Position numbers and translations under genes: made by a program. From positions 9,940 to 73,939 of IMG/VR virus record IMGVR_UViG_3300035512_000144: a stretch of DNA of 64,000 bases; one strand, given 5' to 3'. This DNA comes from a virus (lineage: Duplodnaviria > Caudoviricetes). Shown here piece after piece: positions 1 to 10,322 of this stretch (position 1 is its first letter; each line of letters begins with the position of its first letter). Below the pieces are notes generated by a model. It was not told the DNA's origin and did no database searches. It was given only the letters and a program-made list of their open reading frames with translations.

Positions 1-203
1 GCCGTTATCATCTCTCAATTCTGTGTACTGGCAGATGGTGTCTCCGTAAACCTTGTGTGAAGCAGCCATAACAGTTTCTTCGTTTTCGCCGCTTGACAAC
101 ATAGAAGTTACAATTCTGTATTCATCGTCTGAATAAAGCAAGCAACCTTCTGCCCATTCTCCGTTGTCAATCCGTTTACCACGGAATAATATTTCTCTGT
201 TCA

Positions 204-851
204 TCATTTCACCGCCTTTTTCATTTTCGCCAATGCCTGCTCTGCCTCTGATTTTGTGAGGAATACTGTTTTTCCAATTTCGTCAGTATCTACACCGTTA
301 ATATTGCGATATACAAAGCCATCAACAATTTCCCATTCCGCAAAAATCCCGAACAGTTCAATTCTGATTTCTTTTATCTTATAAGTGCTGATACTTTTTC
401 TGCTTGTAGGCTCATACAGCATATCTCCAACCTTGCAATGCAACCGCAGGAGTAACCCTTGTTCCTCTAATTCTCTATATCTTTGCAGTTCTTCAAGCAA
501 AATCATCAATTCTCCACTTGTGGTACAAATGGAGTATTTGGCAGAAACATCTCCATTTTCATCAAACTCTATCAATTCGCTTTTGTTCAAATCTTGTAGT
601 GCTTGCTTAATTGATACCATTCTTTTTACACCTCTTTCATACCGCTTGCGCTCAATCTCGGTTACTCTGTGCGAAAATCCGTTGTACATCTTTGCATAAT
701 CCATAGACTCTGATTTCTTTTCACAGAAACTCCCAAAGCATGGGATGTATGAGTAACCTTTCATATGGCAGTACCACATCTTTGATTTTTTATCTTGCGA
801 CACTTCATACATCATTCTTTTCATTTCCCAACAACTCCCAAAACTTATCAA
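204..851 (-). CDS. Phage hypothetical protein (real start probably a few codons downstream)
   Basis: Long ORF co-oriented with neighbours; no motif recognised. Confidence 0.55.
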   Translation of the reverse strand: MISFGSCWEMKRMMYEVSQDKKSKMWYCHMKGYSYIPCFGSFCEKKSESMDYAKMYNGFSHRVTEIERKRYERGVKRMVSIKQALQDLNKSELIEFDENGDVSAKYSICTTSGELMILLEELQRYRELEEQGLLLRLHCKVGDMLYEPTSRKSISTYKIKEIRIELFGIFAEWEIVDGFVYRNINGVDTDEIGKTVFLTKSEAEQALAKMKKAVK

Positions 852-1407
852 ACTGTTTCTGCGATACCTTGTTGTTGGCTTTTTCGGGTTTCAGCGACAC
901 TACAAGGTGCTTGTCGATTATGTCTGACAATTCCCGCGCAAGGTTTTTCCTGCCCTGCGCTATGCCGTCACGATATCCCCTACTCGCCTTTTGTTCACCA
1001 ATTTGACCGCTTGAACGATTTTCGCCTTGTCCTCCTAAACTGACATTACGTAGCTGATATCCTGCATCCGCATATTTTTTTATGTAAAATTTCTCTTTTT
1101 CGTCAAGCTGTTCTTTTGGGAAATTCAAAAACTCCAAGTGCCAACCGTAAGGATTTTTCTCGCTGTCATATAACCCATGCTTGCGAATTGATAAATCAAT
1201 GTGTTGCTGATATCCTGTCAAGTGGCTGCAACAACGCTGAATTATGTTGACTGCTTGCCCGATGTATCCGAAACGAAAACCGTTCTCATCTGTCCGCAAA
1301 AAGAAGTAGATACCGCTATTATCATTCAAAGCCGGATTTACCTTTAGAAGTCGCTCTTTGTTCTTCTTCTCAATCGCGTAAATCTGCCTATAATTAGGTT
1401 TCCCCAT
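805..1407 (-). CDS. GIY-YIG-like endonuclease
   Basis: SGIYFF...GYIGQAVNIIQR...LDEKEKFYIKKY...GYQLRN resembles GIY-YIG motifs; start trimmed to MGKPNY. Confidence 0.65.
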   Translation of the reverse strand: MGKPNYRQIYAIEKKNKERLLKVNPALNDNSGIYFFLRTDENGFRFGYIGQAVNIIQRCCSHLTGYQQHIDLSIRKHGLYDSEKNPYGWHLEFLNFPKEQLDEKEKFYIKKYADAGYQLRNVSLGGQGENRSSGQIGEQKASRGYRDGIAQGRKNLARELSDIIDKHLVVSLKPEKANNKVSQKQFDKFWELLGNEKNDV

Positions 1408-1582
1408 CTTCACACCCCTTTCCACTCTCCAACATTGCAATACAGCCCTCAATGGTACTTACCGCCGACACATATCCTGTCGCGTAATCAGAGTTTCTAA
1501 AATACTGCGCCCTGTTCTTCATGTCTTTAATTTCCATTTTCAGAATTTCAATCGCTGTGTCGTATAGCATATTAGTCACCAT
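1394..1582 (-). CDS. Small phage hypothetical protein
   Basis: ORF overlaps both neighbours in operon fashion. Confidence 0.55.
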   Translation of the reverse strand: MVTNMLYDTAIEILKMEIKDMKNRAQYFRNSDYATGYVSAVSTIEGCIAMLESGKGCEDGET

Positions 1583-2306
1583 CGCTTTCTCTGCTTTTGA
1601 TAAAATCGTAAATGTTCATTTGTGCCATTTCTGCATCCAAACGCTCTTTTGACAGATTGTAGTAATATTCATCAAGTTCAAACCCGACAAACTTGTGATT
1701 AGTCCTGTGACACGCTATGAGACTGCTTGCGCTACCTACATGAGTGTCAAGGATAATATCATTTTCTTTCGCATAACGAGATAAAATCCATTCATACAAA
1801 ACAACTGGTTTTTGCGTTGGGTGTATGCGTTTTTCGTTCAATGATTTATTTCCCTGTTGCACAGTGCCTTCAGAAATGGATTTCCCTTGAAACATTCCAC
1901 GCCACATATACCGAAAAATATCAACACGATTATTCAAACTGCAGTATGCAATCTCACAGTCTGATTGGTCGGAACCGTCATTACACTTGTCCCAAACAAT
2001 ACGACCGCCAACTAGGGGATAGTCAAAGTAATTGCATCCGAAAATTATCTGATTTTTTGAAACCCTCATAAGTTCATCAAAATATGATTTGTCTGCCGGC
2101 TTGTTATCCCAACCCCTATTTTGATACTCTCCGTCTTTCACAAAAATCTTTGTACCGTTTTTCTGTTTTACATATCCGCTACGCTTTTTGCCTCCATGCT
2201 CTTTTATGCCATATTCAGGGTCTACAATCGCAAGGTCAAAGTATTTGTCCGGAAATTGTTTCATTCCCTCCATGCAATCCATGTTGTAATATCCAAAATC
2301 TAACAA
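1572..2306 (-). CDS. Orphan DNA methyltransferase (N6-A/N4-C, beta class)
   Basis: DCMEGMK, DLAIVDPEY (DPPY-like), HPTQKPV, ILDTHVGSASS, FVGFELD. Confidence 0.85.
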   Translation of the reverse strand: MLDFGYYNMDCMEGMKQFPDKYFDLAIVDPEYGIKEHGGKKRSGYVKQKNGTKIFVKDGEYQNRGWDNKPADKSYFDELMRVSKNQIIFGCNYFDYPLVGGRIVWDKCNDGSDQSDCEIAYCSLNNRVDIFRYMWRGMFQGKSISEGTVQQGNKSLNEKRIHPTQKPVVLYEWILSRYAKENDIILDTHVGSASSLIACHRTNHKFVGFELDEYYYNLSKERLDAEMAQMNIYDFIKSRESDGD

Positions 2307-2353
2307 TGTGTCACTCTCCCAAATAATCGCTTAATTCCATCTGACCGTCTTTT

Positions 2354-2647
2354 TCATTCAAGTTTCCTTCCGCACATCGGGCAGAAGTTAATCTCAAACG
2401 CGCCAGCACCACTGTTATCTCCGCAATTTGAGAAAATAAGTAAGTTCTTGCCGATTATTTCTCTTATGGAAATATAAAAATCTGTTTCGATAAGCGGTAA
2501 TCCTGCTTTAATATTTTTGCAAAAGTCGCATTCTTTTGTATAAATGGCACAATTTTCACTTCCCATATTTACACAAGTTCCAATTCCGTAATTAAAAACT
2601 AAATTTTGGTGTTTACAATCTTTACATTCTTTATACTCTATATTCAT
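2354..2647 (-). CDS. Cys-rich Zn-ribbon phage protein
   Basis: CKDCKH, CDFCK, INFCPMCGRKL. Confidence 0.6.
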   Translation of the reverse strand: MNIEYKECKDCKHQNLVFNYGIGTCVNMGSENCAIYTKECDFCKNIKAGLPLIETDFYISIREIIGKNLLIFSNCGDNSGAGAFEINFCPMCGRKLE

Positions 2648-2658
2648 TCAAATTTACC

Positions 2659-3036
2659 TCACCAACTCATATACAAGCATTCCAGCGGTACGTCCTCTGC
2701 CTGCTCATATATGCAATCTCTCAAACTTTCCAGTACACTTATTGCTCCGTGCAAAGTTCCCCAACCGTTATCCGGCTCATACTGCTCATATGCCTTGCTG
2801 TTCGTCCGCAGCTCCTTTATTCCGTGTTCAATCTTCGGTAACACTTCATCGCACCGATAATAGAAGGTGTGATATTTTCCGTTTTCTTCTTTTACTGATT
2901 GGTAATAATCCCAATCCATGCAAGCACGGAACATATTGCTAAGGTTATATGTCGGATGGTCGATTTCCGGCGTTGCGATCACTGGATATTTGTCACACCC
3001 CTCTGCCTTGACGTGTATCTGTAAATCGTAACTCAT
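2659..3036 (-). CDS. Phage hypothetical protein
   Basis: ORF with RBS; TYNL...YEPDNGWG motif. Confidence 0.65.
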   Translation of the reverse strand: MSYDLQIHVKAEGCDKYPVIATPEIDHPTYNLSNMFRACMDWDYYQSVKEENGKYHTFYYRCDEVLPKIEHGIKELRTNSKAYEQYEPDNGWGTLHGAISVLESLRDCIYEQAEDVPLECLYMSW

Positions 3037-3040
3037 GTAA

Positions 3041-3238
3041 TCACTTCCTCTCTATTGGTGGCTTGTCAAAAACTGCTTTCCAAGGTTCTAAAAAATATTC
3101 ACAATCCTTTGCATCCTTATCAACAATGATTGAATGTTCAAATATTCCGTCTAATGGTGTGCAGAAAATGTTTGCACCTCTTGAAATTGCAGACTCCTTG
3201 AAAACGCATTTGTTACATTTTTCGTTGAGAATAATCAT
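3041..3238 (-). CDS. Small Cys-containing hypothetical protein
   Basis: ORF with GGAGG RBS. Confidence 0.5.
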   Translation of the reverse strand: MIILNEKCNKCVFKESAISRGANIFCTPLDGIFEHSIIVDKDAKDCEYFLEPWKAVFDKPPIERK

Positions 3239-3278
3239 GTTTTCACCTCCTAAAACGGTACTTCCGACAAATCAACTG

Positions 3279-3746
3279 TCAATCTTTTACGACAATCATA
3301 TTTTTAATCAGTTTGGCGGTATTATTTACAGCCCTGTTAAGAATATCTGCATCAATTTCCAAGTCTCTGATTTCTCCGCTCCTTGCCATGCCTGCGCATA
3401 CACAATCGGCAATCATTTCAAGTACATCAATCAAATTCACATCATCGGGGCAATGTGATAACAAATGATGTCTCTCCGCTCTGATATGCAACTGATACCA
3501 TTCGCCATTTACAAAATCAGTACCGTTGTTAATCGTAGACAAGAAATTGTTGTAGAACATTCTTTCCTGCGATTTCTTTGTGTAATCGTGATTTTCTCCT
3601 GTGCTATCAATCATTTTTGACAATTCCAACATTACATTCTTTACATCTGAAATGTGCATATCATTAGCCTTTTGAAATTGTTCAAACGAAACATCTTTCG
3701 GTGCTGTTCTTGTATCTCCGTTTGGATTTTTCTTTATTTCTATCAT
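3279..3746 (-). CDS. HD-like hypothetical protein
   Basis: HDYTK, HH, DVLEMIADCV motifs; strong RBS. Confidence 0.55.
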   Translation of the reverse strand: MIEIKKNPNGDTRTAPKDVSFEQFQKANDMHISDVKNVMLELSKMIDSTGENHDYTKKSQERMFYNNFLSTINNGTDFVNGEWYQLHIRAERHHLLSHCPDDVNLIDVLEMIADCVCAGMARSGEIRDLEIDADILNRAVNNTAKLIKNMIVVKD

Positions 3747-3759
3747 TTTGTTTTCCTCC

Positions 3760-4452
3760 TTAAAATGGAATTTCGCTCAAATCAACTGTCAGCCCTCGTT
3801 CTGCGACATACACATTTGCGTTTCCTACGACTTTTTTGACATCTGCTATACATTTACTAGGTATCGTTGTTTCTGCCCCTAAATGAACCAATATCACGTT
3901 CCTAGCACGTTTGGTTATGTTGTCGCTAAGAAACTGCTTGCAATAGTCTAGGCTTGAATGACCGCGCACTTTGTGTTCAAAGTTCGCCAAATCCTTGTCA
4001 ACCATTTCTTTCTGATAGTTGCATTCCACAATGAAATGATTGATTTCCAGTTTGGAAAAATTGTATCTGCAAAATTCATAGTCCGTCATGTATAAGATTT
4101 TCTGACCGTCAATCTGAATAAAAAAGCCATAATTCGTAGTGTTGTTATGTGGTAGTTCAAAACCTTTCACGTAGAATTTCCCAAACTTACCATCAATCAG
4201 CTTTCCATCTGTCAGATACGGTGCAAATATTTGTATTCCCATCTTCTGAAAGTCTGCTAAACTTTTTGAGTGGTCTAGGTGCTCATGAGTCACAAGCACC
4301 GCTTTCACCTTTGAGACATCAAAGTTCAATCCCTTTTTAATCTCCTTGATATGTATGCCGCAATCAAGTATTAGGGTTTCTGTGTCGCAGGATAGCAGAT
4401 AGCAGTTTCCGTTTGAACCACTGGAAAGTGTTTTTAATGTAAGCATTATCAC
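3760..4452 (-). CDS. Metallo-beta-lactamase-fold hydrolase
   Basis: SSGSNGNCY, ILDCG, THEHLDH, VECNY, GHSS, LVHL. Confidence 0.85.
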   Translation of the reverse strand: MIMLTLKTLSSGSNGNCYLLSCDTETLILDCGIHIKEIKKGLNFDVSKVKAVLVTHEHLDHSKSLADFQKMGIQIFAPYLTDGKLIDGKFGKFYVKGFELPHNNTTNYGFFIQIDGQKILYMTDYEFCRYNFSKLEINHFIVECNYQKEMVDKDLANFEHKVRGHSSLDYCKQFLSDNITKRARNVILVHLGAETTIPSKCIADVKKVVGNANVYVAERGLTVDLSEIPF

Positions 4453-4476
4453 ACCTCGTTTTCCACATTTCGCTTA

Positions 4477-4698
4477 TTATCCTTTATATAACCTTTTAAC
4501 CGCATCTCCATCAATCGGCGTAACCGCATTCACTAATCGTCCTTTGGTTTTTTCGTATTCTTCTCCCCAAATATCAATTCCAGAATTGGCGCACCAATTA
4601 TCAACCTCTATTTCTAATTTGCGTGCCTTCGATACCGATTCGTTTTGTTGCCTTATTTTATTTTGTATATATTGTGGTAGTTCCATATAGCACCTCAC
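4477..4698 (-). CDS. Hypothetical protein
   Basis: ORF in operon. Confidence 0.5.
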   Translation of the reverse strand: MRCYMELPQYIQNKIRQQNESVSKARKLEIEVDNWCANSGIDIWGEEYEKTKGRLVNAVTPIDGDAVKRLYKG

Positions 4699-5090
4699 TT
4701 TCCGAAAAATGTTTCTCTCACGTTTACTGGTCTTGCTTTCATAGCGTACTCGATATCAATTGGCGGTCGTTTTGACGGACAGCAGATAAAGTCGCTACAC
4801 ACTTTTGGCTTAATGCTATAGATGGTACATTTATGATTAGGCTTGCTATCGTCCAGAAACGGACAACACATATCCAAAACAGGCTGTGCAAGTGGTATTG
4901 CTACACCATGCTTGCACTCCTTGATATGGTGTAGCTTTATGTATTTGCGGATCGCGGTTATTTCCTCGTCTGTCAGCGGAATATATACGGAACAACAATT
5001 CCCACATTCCGTACACTTCCCATTGTCAGTCAAATCGTAAGTGCCGTTGTTAAAATCATTCAGCATTTCTGCTATGCTTGCAGTTTTCAT
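4695..5090 (-). CDS. YkgJ/CxxCxxCC Fe-S or Zn cluster protein
   Basis: CTECGNCC, CCPFLD, CTIY..KPKVC. Confidence 0.8.
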   Translation of the reverse strand: MKTASIAEMLNDFNNGTYDLTDNGKCTECGNCCSVYIPLTDEEITAIRKYIKLHHIKECKHGVAIPLAQPVLDMCCPFLDDSKPNHKCTIYSIKPKVCSDFICCPSKRPPIDIEYAMKARPVNVRETFFGK

Positions 5091-5093
5091 ACG

Positions 5094-5468
5094 CTACACC
5101 TCGATTTCTTCGTCCTGCGGAAACTGAAAGACAGAATTAAACTGCTCAACTTTTGATTGTTTCCCATCTGTAGCTACTGAAATAATTGCAGGCTCTCCGT
5201 TGTTAAAAAGTTTCTGAAGTTGCTCGTAAAAATCCTCTGAAACATCTACGTTGTTCATAATAACTTTTCCAACATAACATCTCCGCAGCATTTCCATAGC
5301 CTTGATTGCTTTTTCTTCGGTGGAATATTCAGCCAACGTCAAATAATCATCTCCAACTAACGTATCAAACACAATAATTTGATTATGATTTTTATACGAT
5401 ATTACTATATATGATTTTTCATAAGGAATATCATTTTTCCCATTTTGGCTTATCACCCTCATACTCAA
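5094..5468 (-). CDS. Phage hypothetical protein
   Basis: ORF in operon; LAEYSTEEKAIKAMEML. Confidence 0.6.
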   Translation of the reverse strand: MSMRVISQNGKNDIPYEKSYIVISYKNHNQIIVFDTLVGDDYLTLAEYSTEEKAIKAMEMLRRCYVGKVIMNNVDVSEDFYEQLQKLFNNGEPAIISVATDGKQSKVEQFNSVFQFPQDEEIEV

Positions 5469-6334
5469 TCCTCCCCAACATCTGCCACAACGAAATCTTC
5501 CTTGTTGGCGTTCTCAACAATTTCAGCTTCAACTGTTTCCTGCACATCAACTACATTGTCAACATATGTAGGTTCTCCGTTCTCATTGATAACCGCCATA
5601 TCGTTAGTCATAGCCGTCTGCAAGTCGATACTCATAATTCCCCACTTATTTATAAGCTGCCGGATAAGTGTCTTTTTAGCCATATCGTCAAAATTCTTAC
5701 TCCAAAATGTGTACTTTGTCTTATTTCTGACATCACTACGATATCCGCTAGAGAAAGTTGTTGCGTGTTTCTCCATCTTTTCTTTTGACCAGTACAATTC
5801 TTTACGGAAGCCATTTACAAGTTCAAACATTGCGTAGTAACCTAAGACTTGAAGTTTCTCTCTTTTCTCAAAATCCATGACAGGCTCCAAGATAAATTCT
5901 TCCGTGATTGGGTTATACGATTTAAGTTCGCCCTCTTTCACCTCTGATACCGCAATCTTGCGATACTGACCACTACGGATAGCCAACTGGATATATCCCT
6001 TATAGCCAATCTGAAACTGTGCGTCTTTGCCTTTTGTGTCCTTGTTGTTATAAGGAACCATGTAATATTGTCCTAACTGCGGACTAGGCGTAAGATTTAA
6101 CGCTTCACCAAGCAAAGCAGCGGATAAGATACTACCGTTTGAGCATTCTGCAAGTGTCGGATTAGTCTGTACCGCAGATACAACGCTTGAAATAAATCTC
6201 GTTGTATTCTTCTCACCAACAACATTTGCAATGTTTGTCTTTACAGCAGGATTTCCGAGATAACTTGCAATCCCGGTTTTCTGCTGTGTTTTAGTCACTG
6301 TTCCGCTTGTTTTTGTTGATACCTCATTTGCCAT
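5465..6334 (-). CDS. recT: RecT-family single-strand annealing recombinase
   Basis: SAALLGEALNL, YMVPY, AQFQIGYKGYIQLAIRSG, MAKKTLIRQL. Confidence 0.9.
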   Translation of the reverse strand: MANEVSTKTSGTVTKTQQKTGIASYLGNPAVKTNIANVVGEKNTTRFISSVVSAVQTNPTLAECSNGSILSAALLGEALNLTPSPQLGQYYMVPYNNKDTKGKDAQFQIGYKGYIQLAIRSGQYRKIAVSEVKEGELKSYNPITEEFILEPVMDFEKREKLQVLGYYAMFELVNGFRKELYWSKEKMEKHATTFSSGYRSDVRNKTKYTFWSKNFDDMAKKTLIRQLINKWGIMSIDLQTAMTNDMAVINENGEPTYVDNVVDVQETVEAEIVENANKEDFVVADVGED

Positions 6335-6361
6335 AAATCATTCCTCGCTTTCTTTATTTTT

Positions 6362-6574
6362 TTACAAAAGCCCTTTATTCAAATCTGAAAGACTCATCAT
6401 AATTCCGTCTGCTTTTCCATTTGCAAGATATTCTTCCTTGTCAATAAAGCACAGCTTTGAATTGTTAATGTCCTCTTTATTCACAGCAATTCCAAAAATC
6501 AATCCGTCATTTTGCATTTGCGACTTCATGAATCCGATTGTTGCTTGCAGCATAAATTTAGCATCGTCCGTCAT
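6362..6574 (-). CDS. Hypothetical protein
   Basis: ORF in operon. Confidence 0.55.
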   Translation of the reverse strand: MTDDAKFMLQATIGFMKSQMQNDGLIFGIAVNKEDINNSKLCFIDKEEYLANGKADGIMMSLSDLNKGLL

Positions 6575-7005
6575 GGTTCCACCTCACTTAAAAGCTGTTC
6601 TACAATCTGCTTGCATTGGTCTATGCAGAAATCCAATGTACGGACTGTATTTTCTGAATTTCCAAATTGGAAATAACCAGTTTTTTCTAGCGTCAAAATA
6701 GTTTTCATAGTTTCATCATCTTCCGCATACAGTTTCTTTGCAGTTTCAACATCATATCCGTCACAATAATGTGTGCAATCAAAACCTATCCACCATACGT
6801 CTTTATCAGTTTGACAGTGTAATTCTCTTTCGCTGTATGTAAGACCACAATGACAAGAAATAGGGATTTTATCATAAGACTTCCCGTAATACTTGTGGCT
6901 TTTTGGCAGCCCTACATATCCGCACCGATAACCCATGTACATGAACAATACAACACATGGAAATCCTTTGTATTCAAATTTTGTTTCCTGCACAGGATTA
7001 AACAT
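6571..7005 (-). CDS. Phage hypothetical protein
   Basis: RCGYVGLP, HCGLTY, WWIGFDC.H motif. Confidence 0.65.
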   Translation of the reverse strand: MFNPVQETKFEYKGFPCVVLFMYMGYRCGYVGLPKSHKYYGKSYDKIPISCHCGLTYSERELHCQTDKDVWWIGFDCTHYCDGYDVETAKKLYAEDDETMKTILTLEKTGYFQFGNSENTVRTLDFCIDQCKQIVEQLLSEVEP

Positions 7006-8928
7006 CTACTCCACCTCCTTAACAATCAATTCCTTGTCATTCGTCCTGCGAATCATTATCACCTGTCTGTCAGTTTCGGGTATCTTGTCCAAATCAATAC
7101 TTTCAGTGTCCTCAATAATGATTGGCAGATTCACGCCGTAAGCATTTTGGAAACCTAAGCAGATATCAATCTCCGCAAGAATGCGGTTGCCGTGATTCAG
7201 ATTTCTGTAATAACTCTCGCCGTCAATCTTAGGTTCACATACAAGGTTTGTGTTGCCATTGATAAGAGTCTCAAATAGGTCAAACTGTATGTACTGGAAA
7301 GCACCGTTAATATCCTGTTCAAGCAGCTTGTTTTTAGTCTTTTCAAATTCCGATAAGTAGTAAAGTATCTGCTCCTGGTCTGCAATCTCCTGCGCAATCT
7401 TGCGCTGTTCCGTTTGTAATTCCGCGATCCGTTCATCAATCGCCGTGTTGTTTTCAGATTTTGCAATCTGCTTTTCAACCGTACTTAACTGTTCGCGGAT
7501 AGATTCTTCCTCTGACTGCAATTTCTCTCGGATTTCAGAAAATGAATTGCTTTCCTGCAAAAACTTTTCTTTATCGGCAATCTGCCGATTCAGTTCCGCG
7601 ATATCTGCACGGTCTGAAAGGTCTACTGACTGCGGAAGTGCTGCTAATTGATTTTCAAGGTCTGCAATAGCTGTATTAAGCATTTCAAGGCTTTTCTTAT
7701 GTTCTGCAAGTTCCAGTTCAAGTGTTCTCGATTTTTCTTGTTCAACCTCAATCTCAGATTTCAGACGCTTTCCTTTTTCTTCAATGGTTTTCAATTCTTC
7801 TGCCTTGTGGCTTTCAAATTCTGCCCTTAATTCGTCTTGTTTCTCTTTTGGGTATTCTTGTCCACAATACGAACAAACAAGGCTGTTTTCGTCAAATTCA
7901 AGTCTCTGTGTCTCTTTGTACTTTCCACGTAAATTTGAAATGTTTACTCGGTAACTTTCAATTTTGAAAATTGAATTTGAAATGTCATTTTCCGTATCTG
8001 AAATTATGTCCTGCGTCTGTTGCAAAAGAAATTTCTTGTTACCAATTAAGCGTTCTATTTCCTGTCTTGCTTTGATATTTTCCTCATTCGCCTGTCGCAC
8101 CAAATCGTTGACCTTGAATTTCAGTTCCAGTATTCCGTCACTTGCCTTGTCGATTTCCGCAAGCTGCGCAGATAAATCGTCCTGCTTTGACTTGACCTCT
8201 GCAAGTTGTTCTTTCAGTGCGTTTCGCGCAAGTTCCAATTCTGCAACGTCAATTTCCTCGCGTTTTTCTTCGTTTTCTTTGATTGCTCCAACGATTTCAT
8301 TTAATCTTTGCTCATATCCGACAACGTTTCTTGTCTTACTGCCGTGAATTTTGTCATTACACGTTTGTTTTATCTGCGCAACTGTTCCAAATTCTAATTC
8401 TGACCTTATAGGCTCAAATTCTGGAAACATATCAACAATTTCAGCGTTCTTTCTATTTCCAAAAACCTTTTCAATCAAATCTCTGCGTTTGGCAGCATCT
8501 AATTTGAAAAACGTCTGCGGATTCACGCATGATTCATTTGGAAACATATTTTTTAAATGTTCCGCATATTCTTTTGGTTTTTGAACAATTCCATTGATAT
8601 AGCAGCTTGTGACATAACCCTGTGGCTCATTCTTTCGGTTGTATGCCATTCCGTAGGATTTCTTTAACATAACTCCGTTATCAAGTTCCAGTTCAACTTC
8701 TGTTGGCACGTTATCGTCAATAATGTCTTTTCCGTCCTTGTCATGCGGGCGTATGCCTGTGATTTCCTTGCCGTTCTCGTCTTTCAGATTAAAAATCCAG
8801 TAGATAGCACGCTTTATGGTGCTTTTACCTGTCTCGTTGTGTCCTGCGATTTCTGTCCTATCAAACAGGTCTGTTTCCAGTGACCGGTGCTTGCAGAAAT
8901 TTGTCAGCCTTATGTGTTTGATTTTCAT
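7006..8928 (-). CDS. SMC/Rad50-like coiled-coil ATPase
   Basis: N-terminal Walker A GHNETGKST, long coiled coil with CSYC hook, C-terminal LN.G...IIIED.ESID. Confidence 0.85.
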   Translation of the reverse strand: MKIKHIRLTNFCKHRSLETDLFDRTEIAGHNETGKSTIKRAIYWIFNLKDENGKEITGIRPHDKDGKDIIDDNVPTEVELELDNGVMLKKSYGMAYNRKNEPQGYVTSCYINGIVQKPKEYAEHLKNMFPNESCVNPQTFFKLDAAKRRDLIEKVFGNRKNAEIVDMFPEFEPIRSELEFGTVAQIKQTCNDKIHGSKTRNVVGYEQRLNEIVGAIKENEEKREEIDVAELELARNALKEQLAEVKSKQDDLSAQLAEIDKASDGILELKFKVNDLVRQANEENIKARQEIERLIGNKKFLLQQTQDIISDTENDISNSIFKIESYRVNISNLRGKYKETQRLEFDENSLVCSYCGQEYPKEKQDELRAEFESHKAEELKTIEEKGKRLKSEIEVEQEKSRTLELELAEHKKSLEMLNTAIADLENQLAALPQSVDLSDRADIAELNRQIADKEKFLQESNSFSEIREKLQSEEESIREQLSTVEKQIAKSENNTAIDERIAELQTEQRKIAQEIADQEQILYYLSEFEKTKNKLLEQDINGAFQYIQFDLFETLINGNTNLVCEPKIDGESYYRNLNHGNRILAEIDICLGFQNAYGVNLPIIIEDTESIDLDKIPETDRQVIMIRRTNDKELIVKEVE

Positions 8929-9177
8929 TGACTTTCTCCCTCCTTTTCAATCTCACTCCTAAACCGCGCATCTAACATAGAAAACAATAATGCGTGCGCT
9001 GTTTGGAACATCACATGATTCAGTTCCTTGTCCTGAATGGCGAACATCATGGTAGCCGCCTGTAAAAATAACGCGCTGTCACCCTTGTTGCGGTTCTGCT
9101 TTCTGTCCATCATATAAAGGTCATATATCGGACTGTCTTTGATTCTCTGTGCAAAATCTTCCATGTTTGTGTTCATT
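8925..9177 (-). CDS. Hypothetical protein
   Basis: ORF with RBS AAGGAG. Confidence 0.55.
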
Positions 9178-9224
9178 GACTTTTCTCCTTTCAACTTGGA
9201 CGGTCATTCGCCCCATAAAATCAT

Positions 9225-10322
9225 TTATTCAGTTTTCAACAGGTTTACAGCTCGTTTGATTTCCTCTTCCGTAATGAGTGCTGACTGGAAGCGTATAAGT
9301 TTCTGACCATCGTTTGACTTAAAAAGCCCATCTCCGTTTCCTCTAAGTGTTTCAGCCCCATTTGAGCCAAGAATCATCCGACTGTTAAGCTTATCTACCG
9401 TTGCAAATCCGGCGCGGCATTGGAAGTTGCTTTTCAGCATTCCAGATATCACTTCCGCTTCAGGTCTTTGCGTTGATAAGATAACGTGGATTCCGCTTGC
9501 CCTTGCCTTTGCCGTAAGTCTTGATACATCATCCACAACCTTGTCTCCCTCCGATAAAATAAGGTCTGCCATTTCCTCAATATAGACCACGATCCGCGGT
9601 AGCTTGCCTTTTACGCTTGCGTTATATGAAGCAATATCTCGGCACTTATTCTTTGCAAATAATTCATATCGCAAGTCCATTTCCTCACACAGAATTTCAA
9701 GCTTTTTCCGCGCCGTCTTACTTTCCGTGATAATACTGGAAACTTGCGGAACACCCTTATAAAATCCAAATTCAACCGTTTTCGGGTCTATCAGAATCAG
9801 CTTCAAATCTTCCTTTGAGTATTGAAGTAAAAGCGATAACACGATATTGTGTGCAAATACCGACTTTCCGCTACCAGTTTGACCACCGATAAGAAAATGT
9901 GGCATAGTCGCAAGGTCATATGTTATTCCGCTACCGTCTAATGCTTCTCCGATTGATATAAACAATCCTTCCTTGTAGTTTTCAATCTTATTTAATTCCT
10001 CAATACAATCTGCAAATCCGTATGTTCCGCGTTCATTGTTTGGGACTTCAATGCACACATACTTTCCGTCCTGCGCAATCCTGCAACCATTCGTATTAAA
10101 TATGGAATTAAACTCACGAACCTTTCCGAGAAGAAATTTGATATAGTGCGGTTTAACTTCCACGTCATATCTTGTTGCAGCCGTTCCGCAATAGATTCCT
10201 TTTACATCCGCGTCAATGAACAACTGACTTTGGAATATCCGTTCCAAATCTTCCTTGTTCATGACCGTTTCTTCATGCTTAACCGAATGATTAAAGCAAT
10301 CTAAAAATTTACTGTCTATCAT
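9225..10322 (-). CDS. FtsK/SpoIIIE-like ATPase (alpha/beta motor only; no TM anchor, no gamma domain)
   Basis: MPHFLIGGQTGSGKS, LILIDPK, RIVVYIEEMADL, ARASGIHVILSTQRP, GAETLRGNGDGL. Confidence 0.85.
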   Translation of the reverse strand: MIDSKFLDCFNHSVKHEETVMNKEDLERIFQSQLFIDADVKGIYCGTAATRYDVEVKPHYIKFLLGKVREFNSIFNTNGCRIAQDGKYVCIEVPNNERGTYGFADCIEELNKIENYKEGLFISIGEALDGSGITYDLATMPHFLIGGQTGSGKSVFAHNIVLSLLLQYSKEDLKLILIDPKTVEFGFYKGVPQVSSIITESKTARKKLEILCEEMDLRYELFAKNKCRDIASYNASVKGKLPRIVVYIEEMADLILSEGDKVVDDVSRLTAKARASGIHVILSTQRPEAEVISGMLKSNFQCRAGFATVDKLNSRMILGSNGAETLRGNGDGLFKSNDGQKLIRFQSALITEEEIKRAVNLLKTE

